Source: Chrysomallon squamiferum (taxonomy: Eukaryota; Animalia; Mollusca). Taken from it: a stretch of DNA of 64,000 nt. The stretch lies in contig CM022668.1 of the NCBI GenBank assembly GCA_012295275.1, forward strand, positions 4,216,001 to 4,280,000. The letters are read 5' to 3'. The translations under genes were made by a program, and so were the position numbers. Positions 39,263-53,722 of this stretch are shown one piece after another (the stretch's first letter is position 1; each line of letters starts with the position of its first letter). The notes below the pieces were generated by a model that was not told the DNA's origin, did not search any database, and saw nothing but the letters and a program-made list of their open reading frames with translations.

Positions 39263-42200
39263 CTGTAAACAAACATCATGTTACCATTTAGTATATTTTT
39301 TGTTTCCTAGTGAGTGACTGGAGGAAATATCTGACAATATCAGCATATGAAATAAACAGACAGCAGCCATTAATTTTCATTATCATTTATATCCAACTAT
39401 ACACCAAACACTTGTACTTTGCTGACTAAATTAGAGCTTGTTTATCAAATACTCGTCTATTTGTTGTTGATGCTGGAACAAATAATCAAATATCGTTCAC
39501 TGATGTGGTAACTTACTTGTTAAAACATATCTATGAAAACAGTATTGTGTAATTAATTTTATCTTAAAATATTTGTTTGAAAAGTATCTACTAATATTAG
39601 TGAATGGTTAGTTATGAATAATCAAAAGTGAAAACTATTGTTGTATCTTACTGGCTTCTAAAACAATTAAACTTTTAAGTTGAACTATTAAACGATTTCG
39701 TTTCGTTTTACGATACTTTTGTTCAGTGACTAACTCATTAAAATCAAAAGAACCTAGAGCTGTTACAATAACTGATTGTATTAGACTATATCAAGCGTTT
39801 ACCTGCCAGTCCACAGTAGTGGCAAGCAGTAGTGGTTTTCCCCTTTCTTAAGTCGGAGGTCAAATCGGTTTCAACAAAGGTTACGAAAACAACAATATTT
39901 TTGTTGTACCTGATATGCATACATTACTACTAATAATTATAGTTGGTAATTTATGTATTGAAAGAGAGAGAGACAGAGATAAACTATAATAAATAAATAA
40001 ATAATAAAATCAACAATTTACTTCAGAGCCACTGTTTCTTTTTCTTTACTTTTTTAAATTTAATTCTTTTATATATTTTTTCCTTGCTTCTTGTTGTTGT
40101 TGTTGTTATTATTATTAGAACTTTTCCGATTCTTATAACAAGAGGTACGAAAAAAAGTAGATCTTGCGTAACACAAACTCCCTCCGAAGCCCTGTTATTT
40201 TATTTATATATTTTTTAATATTTATTATTTTTATATGTATAATTCACTATTTATTTATTTGTTTTTTTGTTTGTTTGTTTGTTTGTTTGTTTATTTGTTT
40301 GTTTATTTGTAAGTATCTAAAGCCAATCTTTTTAACTACTGAGAATAAAACGAACAGGAAATAACTCCAAGCTAAATGTCCTGAAATTATATTGAATCCG
40401 AAGTTTAAATGCAGTTAATTATACGTGACTGGAATAGGTAAAATAAATAAATCAAATGAAATAAAATGAAACGAAGATTTTAGCTATAGATAGATAGACA
40501 GATAGACAGATAGACAGATAGATAGATATAATGATAAAATCTATAAATTAATCCATATCAACCTCTCATTAAGTAATAATAATAATAATAATAATACAAC
40601 ACACGCAATACTTATACAGCTGCTGGTAGTACTACCCCTATTAATATCTATCTACACCGCGATGACAAGTAATACTACCACTGTTATTACCACTACAACT
40701 ACATACTGCTACTACTGCCACTACCACTACTAATACTAATACTACTATAATAATATTACTGCTGCTAATCTAGACTTTTAACATTATATAATTACTTATA
40801 TTGCTACTGTTTTTACTTCTATAATGACGTCTGCTACACTTTTATCGACCGCCGTACAACGACCTCCGAGGAACAGGTTTAAATAAATTTTAATACCTCA
40901 GATATTTTTGTTTGCTTTTTCTTCTTTCCTTTGACAATAAAGATAACATTTCACAGCGTGTTGTTCCGCCATTACTGTTCCTACGAAGATATTTACAAAA
41001 CGATATATGCAGGTAAGAATTTTAATATTAATTGCTAATGATAAAATAAATGTTAATTTTTTATTTTATTTTTGTTTTTAAAGAAAATACTGAAATGTAA
41101 CCTGGTTTCTTTTTTTCTTCTTTTTTTCTCATTATAGTATGTTCATTGTTTTACTTGTGATGTATTTCACATGACAAAACTCATTGACAACACACAACTT
41201 AAACACCAAATGTTTCTCTCTTAAAGTGTTTCCTTTGATAACGTGTACACAGTATCTAAAAAACAAAACAATCAGTTTATTAAGTAAATAAAAATAAAAA
41301 CATTAAACAGAAATAAATAAACAAATAGATAAACGTAACAAAAATAACCTATATACTGGTGTAGATTATCTATATACTATATAATGAACAAAATACCAAT
41401 TAAAAAAAAAAAAAAAAAGTAAACAATAAATGATAAAATCAAAATAAGTATGTAAAAATACAAGACAAAATGCAACAAATTTAATTTATAATTATGCAAA
41501 ACATTTTACACAACTATTCGTTCCGGATAGCGATCACCGCTGTTACACATCTCTTTACTACGACTGTGGTTAGGCTTCCGCACGCATTCAATAACACAAA
41601 CGATTCATTGTTGTCTAACTACCTGTTTGTCTTATGACCGACAAACGATGATGCACGCATGCTCGTTAGTATTGGTATATACCAGCTGTCAATCATGTAT
41701 GGCAGAGGGGTCAGGTATGTTATCAGTTTGTTTCAGTTAACTACAGTTACTAAACAATTCTCGTAAAGACCTGTTTAATTTACTTTATTGCATTATGTTA
41801 ATTAAGATAAAAATATGTATTAATTTATATGTGTATTGGTGAATGGTTTGGTTTCCTCGTCTGCCTGGGGTTTTGTGTGTGTGTGTGTGTGTTGTTGGGT
41901 TTTTTATAAATGCGCCTAAAGCATGTAATTCAAATAACAATAAAATACATTTATTGAACGAACACCAGAGAAGAGAAGAGATAAAAATACTAATAATAAA
42001 GAAGAAAAATTATGTAAATGAGCAAATTTGAAAAGCACACCAGAAAAAACCTCAGACAAATGTTTTCATTTTAGCTTTGGATTTTATTTCTTCACACCTC
42101 AGAAATGTATTCATTTTCTAACTTTTAAAAAATAAGAAAAAAAAAAAAAAAACCTAACAGTAAACAACAAATTAATAAGCAATTTAAACAGTAAAACATC

Positions 42201-42614
42201 CTTATGCACAGTTTGTTGTTAGAAAATGACTCAACAGCTTTTTGTTATATTTTATTTATTTACTTTTAGATATAAAAAATATATTTATATTATTTTCTTG
42301 TAAATGTGTATTATCTATAAGTGTATTTATTATATTTATAATTTTCATCAAGACAGTCCATTGCATGACACTGGAAGTACCAGAGGGTTTTCCCCTTTCT
42401 TAAGTCGGAGGTGAAACCGGTTTGCAACAATCCAACAGCACCGTAGCGTAAAGAAAGTAATTGATGACGCGTAACTCGTGATTCTACTGTTAGCTTGAAT
42501 ACAGATCATTAACCAAAAAAACAGTTCAACAAAGGTTACGAAAACAACAACATTTTTGTTGTACCTGACATACATACATTACTACTAATAATTATAGTTG
42601 GTAATTTATGTACT

Positions 42615-42627
42615 GAGAGAGAGAGAC

Positions 42628-42720
<93 letters not shown>

Positions 42721-42765
42721 AAGAGAGAGAGAGAAAGTTAGAGAAAGAGAGAGAAAGAGAGAGAG

Positions 42766-42822
<57 letters not shown>

Positions 42823-42855
42823 CAGAAAGAGAGAAAGAGAGAGAGAAAGAGACAG

Positions 42856-42914
<59 letters not shown>

Positions 42915-42930
42915 TGTGTGCATGTGTGTT

Positions 42931-42961
<31 letters not shown>

Positions 42962-42962
42962 G
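42615..42962. repeat. Long imperfect (GA)n run plus (TG)n
   Basis: Direct inspection. Confidence 0.97.
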
Positions 42963-43330
42963 TCATAATCAGAAGAACTAAATCCATGGCAGACAGAAGA
43001 AAAAAGTGGCAGACGGCAGATTCTTCTTATTTAAAAAGCTGGTAACTGCCTCATTTTATTGGTTTTATTAATATCTGCATTCCTTCACCTGTTTGAATTT
43101 TTATGATTCTAAGACAATGGCCATTGCTTTGTTGTTGTTGTTCTTCTTCTTTTGTTTAATATGAATTAAAAAGTAAAACGTATCTGTTTAAAAGTGTTGG
43201 GTTTGAAAATGTTTTATTACTATACAAATTAAAAAAATATTTAAATTCAAGAGTTAGTTTATGAAAATATTTTTAAATCAAACATTCGAACATCAATACT
43301 AATATGAAGCAACAAAAATAATTCAAATAG
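42960..43330. mobile_element. Second copy of the left end of the 31040-34340 element
   Basis: gtcataatcagaagaactaaatccatggcagac... matches 31040-31230, and 43230-43330 matches 31510-31610. Both copies abut (TG)n. Confidence 0.45.
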
Positions 43331-46300
43331 AGCCACTTGTGAAAGCTTGGTTTCCAAAATATTGTACTGTCGCATAAAATGTCTAAAATAATCTATAACT
43401 TTGAAAATTGCTTGTTATCTTAAAATAGTGTAAAAATAATAATAATAGTAATTTAATAAACAAATGCTGGATTTATGTAATAAACAAAAGAGTAATACAA
43501 ATGAAGTGTTTTAAATTGTGCCATTGTGATAACAAAATTAACTTCAGCACATCAAATCATCGGTTATATATCTAAAAGTGTTCAGTTTGAAACTAGACAC
43601 TCACAAGAAAATATATCTAACTGGTTTAAGTTAGTTCAAATACAAATTAAATGGACTGATTTAAATAAAACATCATTTTAAACAAAATGAAAAGAAAATC
43701 AAAGTGAACTCGTTAATGCTTGTTACATATTAATTTATGTTAGTGTGAATGCAAATAAAATAAGCTGATTTAAATAAACCATTGTTAAAAGAAATTGCAT
43801 CATGAAATTCAAAATGAATGCATAAATGTTTATTAAAATGTTTTAGCTTTGTGAGTTGATTGATGTAATAGAAAGAGCAACAGAAAAACAAACAGAAGTA
43901 ATAAATGAAAGCAAACTAATAACTGCAATAGTACATGTGTGCATTTTGTTGGTACGTGATAAATTTAGCAGTAGATATTATTGTATAAGGGGGAATAACT
44001 GTTGACTTTTACTTTTTGTATTTTTGAGTTGCTTTTGAATTTGTATACAGCTGAGAAAAATAAAACATTAAAAAGTTAACCGTCTGTTATTATTTGATAA
44101 AGTATTTATTTATTTCAGCTTTAAGATGTGTAGTGTAAATATCATCACTGATGTGGATAAACAATCAAGAAACTAGATACTATTATCAAACAGATCAAAT
44201 GTACACTTTTTAAATTTCTCTAAACAAATTAGCAACTTTACTACACCATAAAATAAGAATCAGTTATTTTGAATATCTATGTAATTTTCATCATTGTATC
44301 TTCCTTAACAAACAAAGCAATCACTTGAAAATGTACCAGATGTTTGTTTATCCACTTTAACAAGAAACAATAACTTTAAAGTTTACAGAATTCATTTCGT
44401 CTTATAAATATATTATGTCTAAAATATACTGATTATATTTAGACTATTTATGATCAGTAAAACTAGATATATATGGATACGAAATACAAAATAAAGTTAA
44501 ATAGCTCAAAATGGGCAAAATTCTTTCTGCTCTTTAACTCTCATGCAGAAATACATTTCAAGCTCAAAATTAAATTCCTTTAAGAATTACATGATTCATA
44601 ATTAGGGAGGCAACACATTTTATATTATATACAAGGTTGTTATTAATATATATTATCTTTGAAACATTAATGCATGTGGATAAACAATCAAGAAACTATA
44701 TACAATTTTCAAACATACACTTTTTACATTTCTTTAAACAAATTAACAACTTTACTACAACATATATTAAGAATTAATTATGTTGAACATTTCGTCATTG
44801 TATCTTCCTTAACAAACAAACAAAGCAATCACTTGAAAATGCACCAGGTGTTTGTTTGTCCACTTTAACAAGAAACAATAACTTTAAAATTTACAGAATG
44901 CATTTAGTGTTTTTATCTTTCATGCAAAAACAAACCAAAAATAAAAAATATAAATATTACAAAGCAAAATTAAGAAATAGTTGAATCGCTTGAAAATTTA
45001 CCAAATGTCTGTTAGTCCATTTTTAACAGGAAACACTAACATTAAAGTTAACAGAGTTTATTTATTCTTTTACTTTTCATGCAAAAACAAAGAAACAAAA
45101 TATTAAAAAGCCTATAAAATTTAGCTTGGATTTAAAACTAAAATACTGTCAAGGTGACTAGTCTGAGTGGTATTGAAACCTAAAGTTTGGCTCGTCCGGT
45201 CTAAAGGGTAGCAGACTATAATAGCGTCACGTGACAAAGTGTTAATGATCTGAGACAGCTTAAACTACTAAATGACTTTTCTGTATCCAGTAGAGAACAA
45301 TAACACAAACAAGAATTCAATATGGATAATATATATCTATATATATATATATATATACAGAGGGGAGGAAAAATAGGTGTATAGCAGTATCAGTGAATTT
45401 AGTAGAAAATTAAGTTAGTTGGACTCATTTTTCTTATTTTGAGTGTCATTAACAATATTTTATTTAAATTAATAAAAATATATGTATTTTCATATTAGCT
45501 CTTTTGTTTGAATAATAAATGAAATGAGTACTGTGAGTTTTTTTTTCATCACTGTATACCTACTTTTGCACCTCCCTGTATATATGTTACATAAAAAAAA
45601 CCTCAGGGGTAATATATAGTTAAATCATACGATGCGAACAATATACTGTAAAAGCAAATAGTGTTGATAGATAAAACTAAGTTAATTAAGCCCAGTTGGT
45701 TAACTAATCTTTTAATTATTAACATGCGTTATCTTAGTTTTTAAGCTAAGTTTGTACCACACAATAATAAAATAAAAATTCAACAGGAATAGATTTAGGT
45801 ATCTTCAATCACTCAACATGTATGTTATATTATTTAATACAAAACATTAAAACAAAATTTCCATTGACTGAGTGGTCATCAGACATGTGTCTCCAGCATG
45901 GCACCAGTCAAAAATATCCAGTTCAAAACGCTTGCTGCTACTTACAAAACCATTATATAGCAGCCTTTCTGAATTTACTTTGCAACTTTTAATGTCCATT
46001 TTTGAGTTTGTTAATCCTAGCGTCTTAGTTTATAAAATAATGGAACCACCCCTAATTATATAACAGTTTCTAAATATCATTTTATATTATATACAACGTT
46101 GTTATTAATATATATTGTCTTTGAAACAGCAATGCATGTGGATAAACAATCAAGAAACTAGATAATACTATTTTCAAACATACACTTTCTATATTTCCTT
46201 AAACAAATTAACAACTTTACTACATCATCAATTAAGAATCAGTTATTTTGAATATCTATATAATTTTCATCATTTTATCTTCCTTAACAAAGCAATCCCT

Positions 46301-46880
46301 TGAAAATGTACCAGATGTTTGTTTATCCACTTTAACAAGAAACAATAACTTTAAAGTTTACAGAATTCATTTCATCTGATAAATATATTATGTCTAAAAT
46401 ATACTGATTATATTTAGACTATTTATGTTCAGTAAACCTAGATATAAATAAATGAAACTTAAATGTAACCAGCATACCAAGCTGCTCTTTCATTCATGTA
46501 TATAGAATTTTTTTTCTTAATTACTTCAGTTCATACAGCTCGTTGATGTTAGCAAAGATAGGTAGTGAAAAAAAGTTTCAATAATTTATTCTGAAATAAT
46601 ATTGGTTTAATTGTGGAAAACATCACTTGCAAATAAAAAAATGAAAAAATAAAAATAAAAAGTAATGATTCAAATGTATCAAGCATATCAAAGTAAACTG
46701 ATCTTTCATTCAAGTATATAAAACTCATTTAAGGCTTTTATAAAATTATTATTACATCAACACATACACTTCATTGATACTACACTGATGGATTGGATGT
46801 GTAAGATGTTTTTCAGTAATTTATCCTGAAATAACATTAAGATAATTCTTGGAAATATGAACGTATGAGAAAAATTTCCT

Positions 46881-48618
46881 TCACCGTAATATCACCTTCT
46901 TCGTCAGTGAGTTGGACAGAGTTGGTGACTGCTTAAACATACGACCATCCTCCTTCTTGACTTTCTTACCTACTTTCTCATTTACTAATGTAAGCAAACT
47001 GAGAATATCCATTCTGAAAATTAAAATTAAAATAAATTTAAAGAAGTAATAAATAGTAATGTTCTAGCAACAAACAGAAAAGGTCAAATATATATATGTC
47101 CCACTTGCATTTTGGTTTGGTTTGGTATAGTTTTGGTGTTAGTTTGGTATTGGTTTGGTAAAGGATCTGAAAGGAGAATGAAAAGGAACATTCCTTTGGA
47201 GGTTGTAACTGAAATACAGTCACAAATGTAACAAATGTTTCCAACGTATGTATAATATATATAATGAGTATGAATTATACCAAATTTTGTAATCATCAGA
47301 TGGACAGTTTTTTATTTGGTTCATAGTAACTAATGTGCCCTCCCTTGAAAATACATCATCCAGCTATTAGCTAAAAAGGTGTCACATGACAAAAGATCAA
47401 TACAAAGCACTTAGGCAAGGTCACAAAGAACAGTACCAAAGTCACAGAATAATAGTGGTATCCAAATATATTACTCCACTGGGTCTTTTATTTTTATTTT
47501 AAATATTCAACAGTGGAAAATATGTAAACTGAAACAGTGCTAAAAGGTGTTTGAATCTGCCTTTTATTTCCAAAAAGAGCAGTCAATATTGTGTTCATTA
47601 AATCAATTTGCAAACTGTATATCTTTATTTCCTAAACAGGGAGATGACCTTTCTCATGATTATTTTCTTTATTACTACATTTATAAAATAATCCTAAACA
47701 CAACATTTCTCTGATATCACAAGAAACATCTAGACAGGTACAGTTTAAAAAAATGTTTCTGTTTAATATTTCTCCACAATCATCATCATCATCATTGTCC
47801 TGCTCTTCTGGACTACTTTTTGGACTCACTTCCATCTTCTAAAATCATATCTATGACCTTTCTTTTCTCTTATGCAGATAACTGTTTTTTTGGACATCGG
47901 GTGATGTTTAACATAATTATTTTTCCTCACGTTTGCCTGGTGTTAGTGTTTTCTTTGTCTGTCTAGTTAGTGTCCGTGTTTCTACATCATATGTCATTTC
48001 TGCAAGAAAACATTAGTCGTTATGTTCAAGCTCATTCCTAAGCTCCCCCTTTAATTTTCATACAATCCTAAAATTCATTTACTTACTTTTCACCATGTTC
48101 ATTTAAAACTTCTGTCAGCTCTGTGATGTACCAAGATCCAGATGAATTTGATCTGTAAGACACATAACCTGGTACTGCGGCATATCCTATAAGCAAATCT
48201 GGTTCTTTTGGGTTTGTTTCTACCTGTGGATCCTTCCTGTTAATATCTGCTGTAAAATAAAATATCAAAACTCGAGTTCTGATATGTTAAAAACATTAAT
48301 CTTTGTTGCATGTGAACAGAAACCCAAACAGATATTTACAGTTATACAAATAATAAGTATTTTAGACGGTATAAACATAAAAACTTTAACATTTTATCAT
48401 TTGTGGACAATATCAGTAAAATTTTGTTTCAAACTTGTAGCAAACTGTTCATCCCCAAAAGATCGCTCTCATGTATTCAACAACAAGATGGCAATTTGCA
48501 CATTATCAGGCCAAAGGAATAAGCTGTGCATAGCTAAGAACAATACCTATTCATGTATGTAGTTTTGAGAAATAATATTTAACTCCATTAGTGAATAATA
48601 ATAATAATAACAATAGTA

Positions 48619-48672
<54 letters not shown>

Positions 48673-50109
48673 TGCCTATAATACATACCTGGTTGTTTTT
48701 TCTTCCCCTGACAAGCCTGTATGAAAAACAACTTTGGTTTCCCACTCAGTGTTGGACACAGCTCAGGTCTAAATGGTTCAGTCAATTCTCTGATCTTTAC
48801 AGGACAACCGTTACATCCATATACCACACCTTCAGTTCCATGTGACAAAATACAACACACAACACAGTCATAGTCACTGTGATCAAAGAAAGCCAGGCCC
48901 TTTACAGTTTCAACCATGTCAGTGTCTGTCAAATTTTCTTTGTAGTGGACGATGAACTGAAGTTTCTCAAAAGTTTCTTTCAGCTTAACTACAAATAAAA
49001 TTTATTTACATTTTTTAACTAGGTATGAATATTGATGTGTGTTAATGTATGTGTAAGTTAGGTTTGAACAAAAAAATTTCTCTTTTATACACATTCTGAA
49101 AGGTGAAAAAATGGGATATAATTAATTATGTAAGTGAATACATCTCTCTACAAATATCTAAATATTGTATGAATTTTGTTTAAAAAACACTGTGAATTAT
49201 ATATATACACACACCTCATATACTTTCATTATTATTATTATTATTGCTTTTATTACAATTACTATTGTATTGTTATTTGTTGTTAGTATTAGTATTATTA
49301 TTGTTATAATTATCACTGTTATTGTTATTAATACTGTTATTTTTATTATTACTTTAGTTGTTGTTATTGTTACTGCTATTTTCTTTCAAAGTAAAACTTA
49401 CCAGCATCTACATCAGTTCCCTTTCTTTCTTTCAACTTTTTAGCTTCTAGCTTCACTGGAAATGTGTGAAAATCTTTATTGTCGATTATTATACAAATTC
49501 CTAGAATAAAACAGAAAAAAAACACCTATTAATTCAATGAAAATATAAAAATAAATTTAAGGGAGACAGACAAAGATAAACAAAGAGACAGAATGAGGGA
49601 GAGATTCAGTGATATGAACGTGGAGAGTCCAGACTCTCTTTTTCTTTATGAATCACTCATCAAGATATAGTAGTGGAGTGAGAGCAGGGAAACATGACTT
49701 GTACACTGGGGAAGTCAAACCTCTGGCAGTGCAGGTCTGTGTAAGCAGCACTGAACAAACCACAATGGCTTAAAAAAGTAAAATGTTTCTATGTGACTGA
49801 CCTCTCCCCTGTTAGCATGATGTCAATAATAGTAACAGATTGTTAAAGGATATAAAAAGAGAGGCAAATTGATTCCTCATTCAACTGCCATCCTATTTTA
49901 GTTAACATACTTTGGAGTCTATTTCCCAATCCAACCTAGCTATTTCCCATTCAAACCAGAATATTGTGAACCTTTTGTTAACAGACCTTTCTGACCAAAG
50001 AAAAAAGATCCTTTTTTGCTAATACCAAATTAGTAAAATCTTTATTTGAACACATACCTCTGAAAGTTGCATCCATTTTGTAACTTACAAGAGCAGCACA
50101 TCTCTGCAT
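46881..50109 (-). CDS. Caspase-8-like catalytic domain, copy B (248-aa ORF from ATG 50109; any prodomain would lie in the gap)
   Basis: Exons 50058-50109 (exon starts 50133), 49402-49500, 48689-48988, 48087-48249 and 46881-47013 total 747 nt in frame. All introns are GT-AG. Motifs YKM, CIIIDN, RKGT, ILSHG, GKPKLFFIQACQG, SYRS..GSWYI and KQSP. Confidence 0.9.
47780..48060 (-). mobile_element. RTE-like LINE 3' fragment in a caspase B intron
   Basis: Paralog of 52090-52370. Contains MTYDVETRT-like sequence followed by (TGA)n. Confidence 0.55.
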
Positions 50110-50183
50110 CTTGGAATACCAGTCAAAAAATCACTGAAGAAATTTATCAAAAACAAAAACTATGATTAATAGATAAAATTTAA

Positions 50184-50383
50184 NNNNNNNNNNNNNNNNN
50201 NNNNNNNNNNNNNNNNNNNNNNNNNNNNNNNNNNNNNNNNNNNNNNNNNNNNNNNNNNNNNNNNNNNNNNNNNNNNNNNNNNNNNNNNNNNNNNNNNNNN
50301 NNNNNNNNNNNNNNNNNNNNNNNNNNNNNNNNNNNNNNNNNNNNNNNNNNNNNNNNNNNNNNNNNNNNNNNNNNNNNNNNNNN
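50184..50383. other. Assembly gap (200 N)
   Basis: Run of N. Confidence 1.
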
Positions 50384-51750
50384 CATCCTCCATCGGTAAA
50401 CTGTCCTATGGGACCGACATACATCTCCAGGAACTAGAGGTGAATTCGAGAAGAGTTGGTGTAATGGAATAGTAGTACACCTTCCTGCAGCTGCCTTTAA
50501 TGATTATATTTTTATCTGTTGCCGATTTTTCTGGATCTTTTTTGGCATCTTTTTGAATCAGGCTCTGTCAAGGTCCTGTCTCGAAAATGGAAATTACCCT
50601 AGGAGAATAACTATTTGATTGAATATCACAAATAGTACCCTGTGACATATATTTAACATATTTTCTTATGAGTATACATCTCTGGTAATTCTGAGACATT
50701 ACTTACTGTTCTAACAAAACCTACAGTTTTCTGATTATCCTTTTGTCTGGTATAACAGTTTGAATCAACATGATTATTCATTATGCAATACGAACAACGT
50801 GGTTGAAAGGTTTAGTTTCAGCTGACAGATTACTCTTCACTGACATCCCTGACCTAGTATTATAGTATGCTGCATAACTGATGTAGGCCTAACAGAAAAC
50901 CTTACCTGATTACCATCAACATTCCTCGCAAAACTTAACACAACTTTGGTGACTTGTGGATGAGAACGTAGTTATCAACAGCTACAGCAGCAGTTTGTTG
51001 ACTTTCTCCGATCTGCCTGGTCTGCCAAATGTAAACTGAACATTTACCGGTAAACAATTTTTCACTTCATCCAAACTGATTAATTCAAGTAATTTGCCAT
51101 AATCATTCCCAATGTCGCTTGATCTAGTCCATTTATCAAAAACATTCTGTTTTCTAGACACAAACTCACAGTGCGTTTCTGAATCTAACTTCGGAAAAGG
51201 CTGATGATATGCCTCGCTGGTAAAAAATAATAGGCTGTCAGCACTGCTGATTTTAACACCCTCATAATTTCCGACCTGAGCATATCTAATGCATTATAGG
51301 TTAGAGCAGTCTTTCCTTTTCAATTTACTTTGAATTAACAAATGCCAAAACAATTCTGGCCATTTTAATTCAAAGGCCACTCTTTTCGAACTGCTGAAAC
51401 AAACTTTTAACATCATTCTCATCAAAATTAGGAACTGACCTGTAACGATCATTGATTCTAAAACCATTCGATGCATTCTCGCTTGAATTATCTCTAAACT
51501 CTCCTCTCATTTAAAGTTCATGTTCCATTTTCAATTTAATTATCTAGGTCATTACTACCCCCACTCTCGTTATCTACAGAATTTCCAAACAAAGTCTCTG
51601 TTAAGATTTCTCTGATTTGCTCTATTTTTTTGACTGAGCAATTGAAATATTATGAATATTTGCTAGCTCCAATAGCTCAGCTGTCTTGGCTCTTTTGATA
51701 AAAGTTACACTAGGATTGTTCAATGTATCTTGATCCATAATTATTTCTCA
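50384..51750 (-). mobile_element. Degenerate Gypsy (Gmr1/SCAN-like gag) LTR-retrotransposon gag-protease fragment
   Basis: RVAFELKWPELFWHLLIQSKL, SAVLTAY..SEAYHQ, EFVSRKQNVFDKW, zinc knuckle CSYCIMNNHVDSNC (~50755-50800) and a decayed protease motif ETGP*QSLI (~50555-50590). Confidence 0.8.
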
Positions 51751-52089
51751 GTTTTGATTTATTTATTTTAATATCAATATTATTTTGCTGTGTTGTGTTT
51801 TCTCAAGTGGATATAAACATAAATTAGCTGTCATTAAACTGAGAAAATACACAATACATCTAAAGAAATAATTCCATAAGAATTTTTGAAAAAAAGCACC
51901 CAAATTAAATATTAATTTTACAACAACGCCATGGAGCTGAATTTTGGCGGAAACAATAAAAAAGCGCGATTGTGATTGTAGTTACAATTAAAGGAACGCA
52001 ATTTCAATTCCATGGCATAAAAATATAAAGTGCGGATGTGATTGAAGTAACAAATTGTCACGCAATCTGAATTCCGTTACAAATATTTC

Positions 52090-52370
52090 ATCATTATCAT
52101 CATTGTCCAGCTGCTCTGGCCTGCTTTCTGGACACACTTCCATCTTCTAAAATCATATCTATTTCTCTCATGCGGATAACTGGTTTTTGGGTCGTGATGT
52201 GATGTTTAACATAATTATTTTCATTTACATTTGCCTGGCTGTTAGTTTGTTCTTTGTCTGTCTTGTTTGTTGTCCATGTTTCTGCATTACATGTCATTTC
52301 TGCACGAATACATTAGTTTTAATCTTCAAGCTGATTCTTAAGTTTCCCCTTAAGTTTTCATACAATCCTA
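52090..52370 (-). mobile_element. RTE-like LINE 3' fragment in a caspase A intron
   Basis: MTCNAETWTTNK... resembles the post-RT YgaETWt motif of RTE-clade ORF2. Confidence 0.6.
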
Positions 52371-52517
52371 AAATTCATTTACTTACTTTTTAGCATATTT
52401 TTTTAAAATTTCTGTCATATTTGTGATGTACCAGGATCCTTTTGATCTTGATCTGTAAGTCACAAAACCTGGTACTGTGGCATATCCTATTAGAAAATCT
52501 GATTCATTGGGAATTAG

Positions 52518-52640
52518 TTCTGCCTGCGATATACGTTCTGCCTGCGATATAGGTTCTGCCTGCGATATAGGTTCTGCCTGCGATATAGGTTCTGCCTGCG
52601 ATATACGTTCTGCCGGCGATATACGTTCTGCCTGCGAGAT
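52518..52640 (-). repeat. Coding 18-bp minisatellite (about 7 x ISQAE[R/P]) in the intersubunit linker
   Basis: Repeats of ttctgcctgcgatata(gg/cg). Confidence 0.95.
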
Positions 52641-53631
52641 TGTTTCTGAAGGCGAAGCATCCATGTTAATATTACCGTCTATTTGTCGTTCATGTCCTGT
52701 AAACAAAATATATCAAAAATCAAGTTCTGATATTTTAAAACATTAATCTTCAAACAGCATGCGAATGCATACCCAAACCCATACAGATAGATATCTATAA
52801 TTATACATGATGTATTTTAGAGCAAATAAACACTAAAAACTTTTATCATTTGTGGACAATGTCAGTATAATTTTGTGTCAAACTCGTAGCAAATTGTTCA
52901 TCCCAAAAAATCGTTCTCATGTATTAAACAATGAGATTGGAATTTACATAGAAATAGGCAATATAATACAATATATACGTGGCTATACAGAATAGGTATT
53001 AATGTATGTAGATTTGGGGAAAAAAATGTAACACCTTCAGTGAATAATAATAATAATAATAATAATAATGTGCCTATCATACATACCTGGTTGTTTTTTG
53101 TTTCCCTGACAAGCCTGTATAAAAAACAACTTTGGTTTCCCACTCAGTGTTGGACACGACTCAGGTCTAAATGGTTCAGTCAATTTTCTGATCTTTACAG
53201 GGAAACCGTTACATCCGTATACCACACCTTCAGCTCCGTGTGATAAAATACAAACCACAACACAGTCATAGTCACTGTGATCACGGGACGCCATCCAGTT
53301 TACAGCATGAATCATACGATAGTCTGACATATTTTCTTTGTATTCGATGCGGAAGTCAAGATCCTGAAAAGTATCTCTCAGTTTACCTTGAAATAAAAGT
53401 GGTTTTCATGCTTTTAAACTAGGTAAGTAATATTGATGTTTATGTATGTGTTTGTTCAGTTCGAACCAAAAAAAATGTTTTTAATAGATGATGTTTGAGC
53501 ATGTGACATTATTTATGACATTTACACATATTCTGAAACGTGAAAATAATGGAAAATTATTAATTATGTAAGTGAATAAATCTGACTATATATATCTAAT
53601 TAGTGTATGAATTTCATTTATAAAACACTAT

Positions 53632-53634
<3 letters not shown>

Positions 53635-53719
<85 letters not shown>
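53635..53719. repeat. (GA)n microsatellite in a caspase A intron
   Basis: Direct inspection. Confidence 0.98.

Positions 53720-53722
<3 letters not shown>

Noticed and set aside
45186-45225. GGCTCGTCCGGTCTAAAGGGTAG resembling the 5' end of tRNA-Pro (also at 4021 and ~34410)
   Set aside because: No B box and no cloverleaf.
48200-48230. VETN as a mutated human-type VETD cleavage site
   Set aside because: It aligns with AELIP in copy A, i.e. the start of the small subunit (xIPxExD), not the cleavage site.
51880-52085. LTR and primer-binding site of the Gypsy fragment
   Set aside because: No second LTR, TG...CA ends or clear tRNA-complementary site can be seen.
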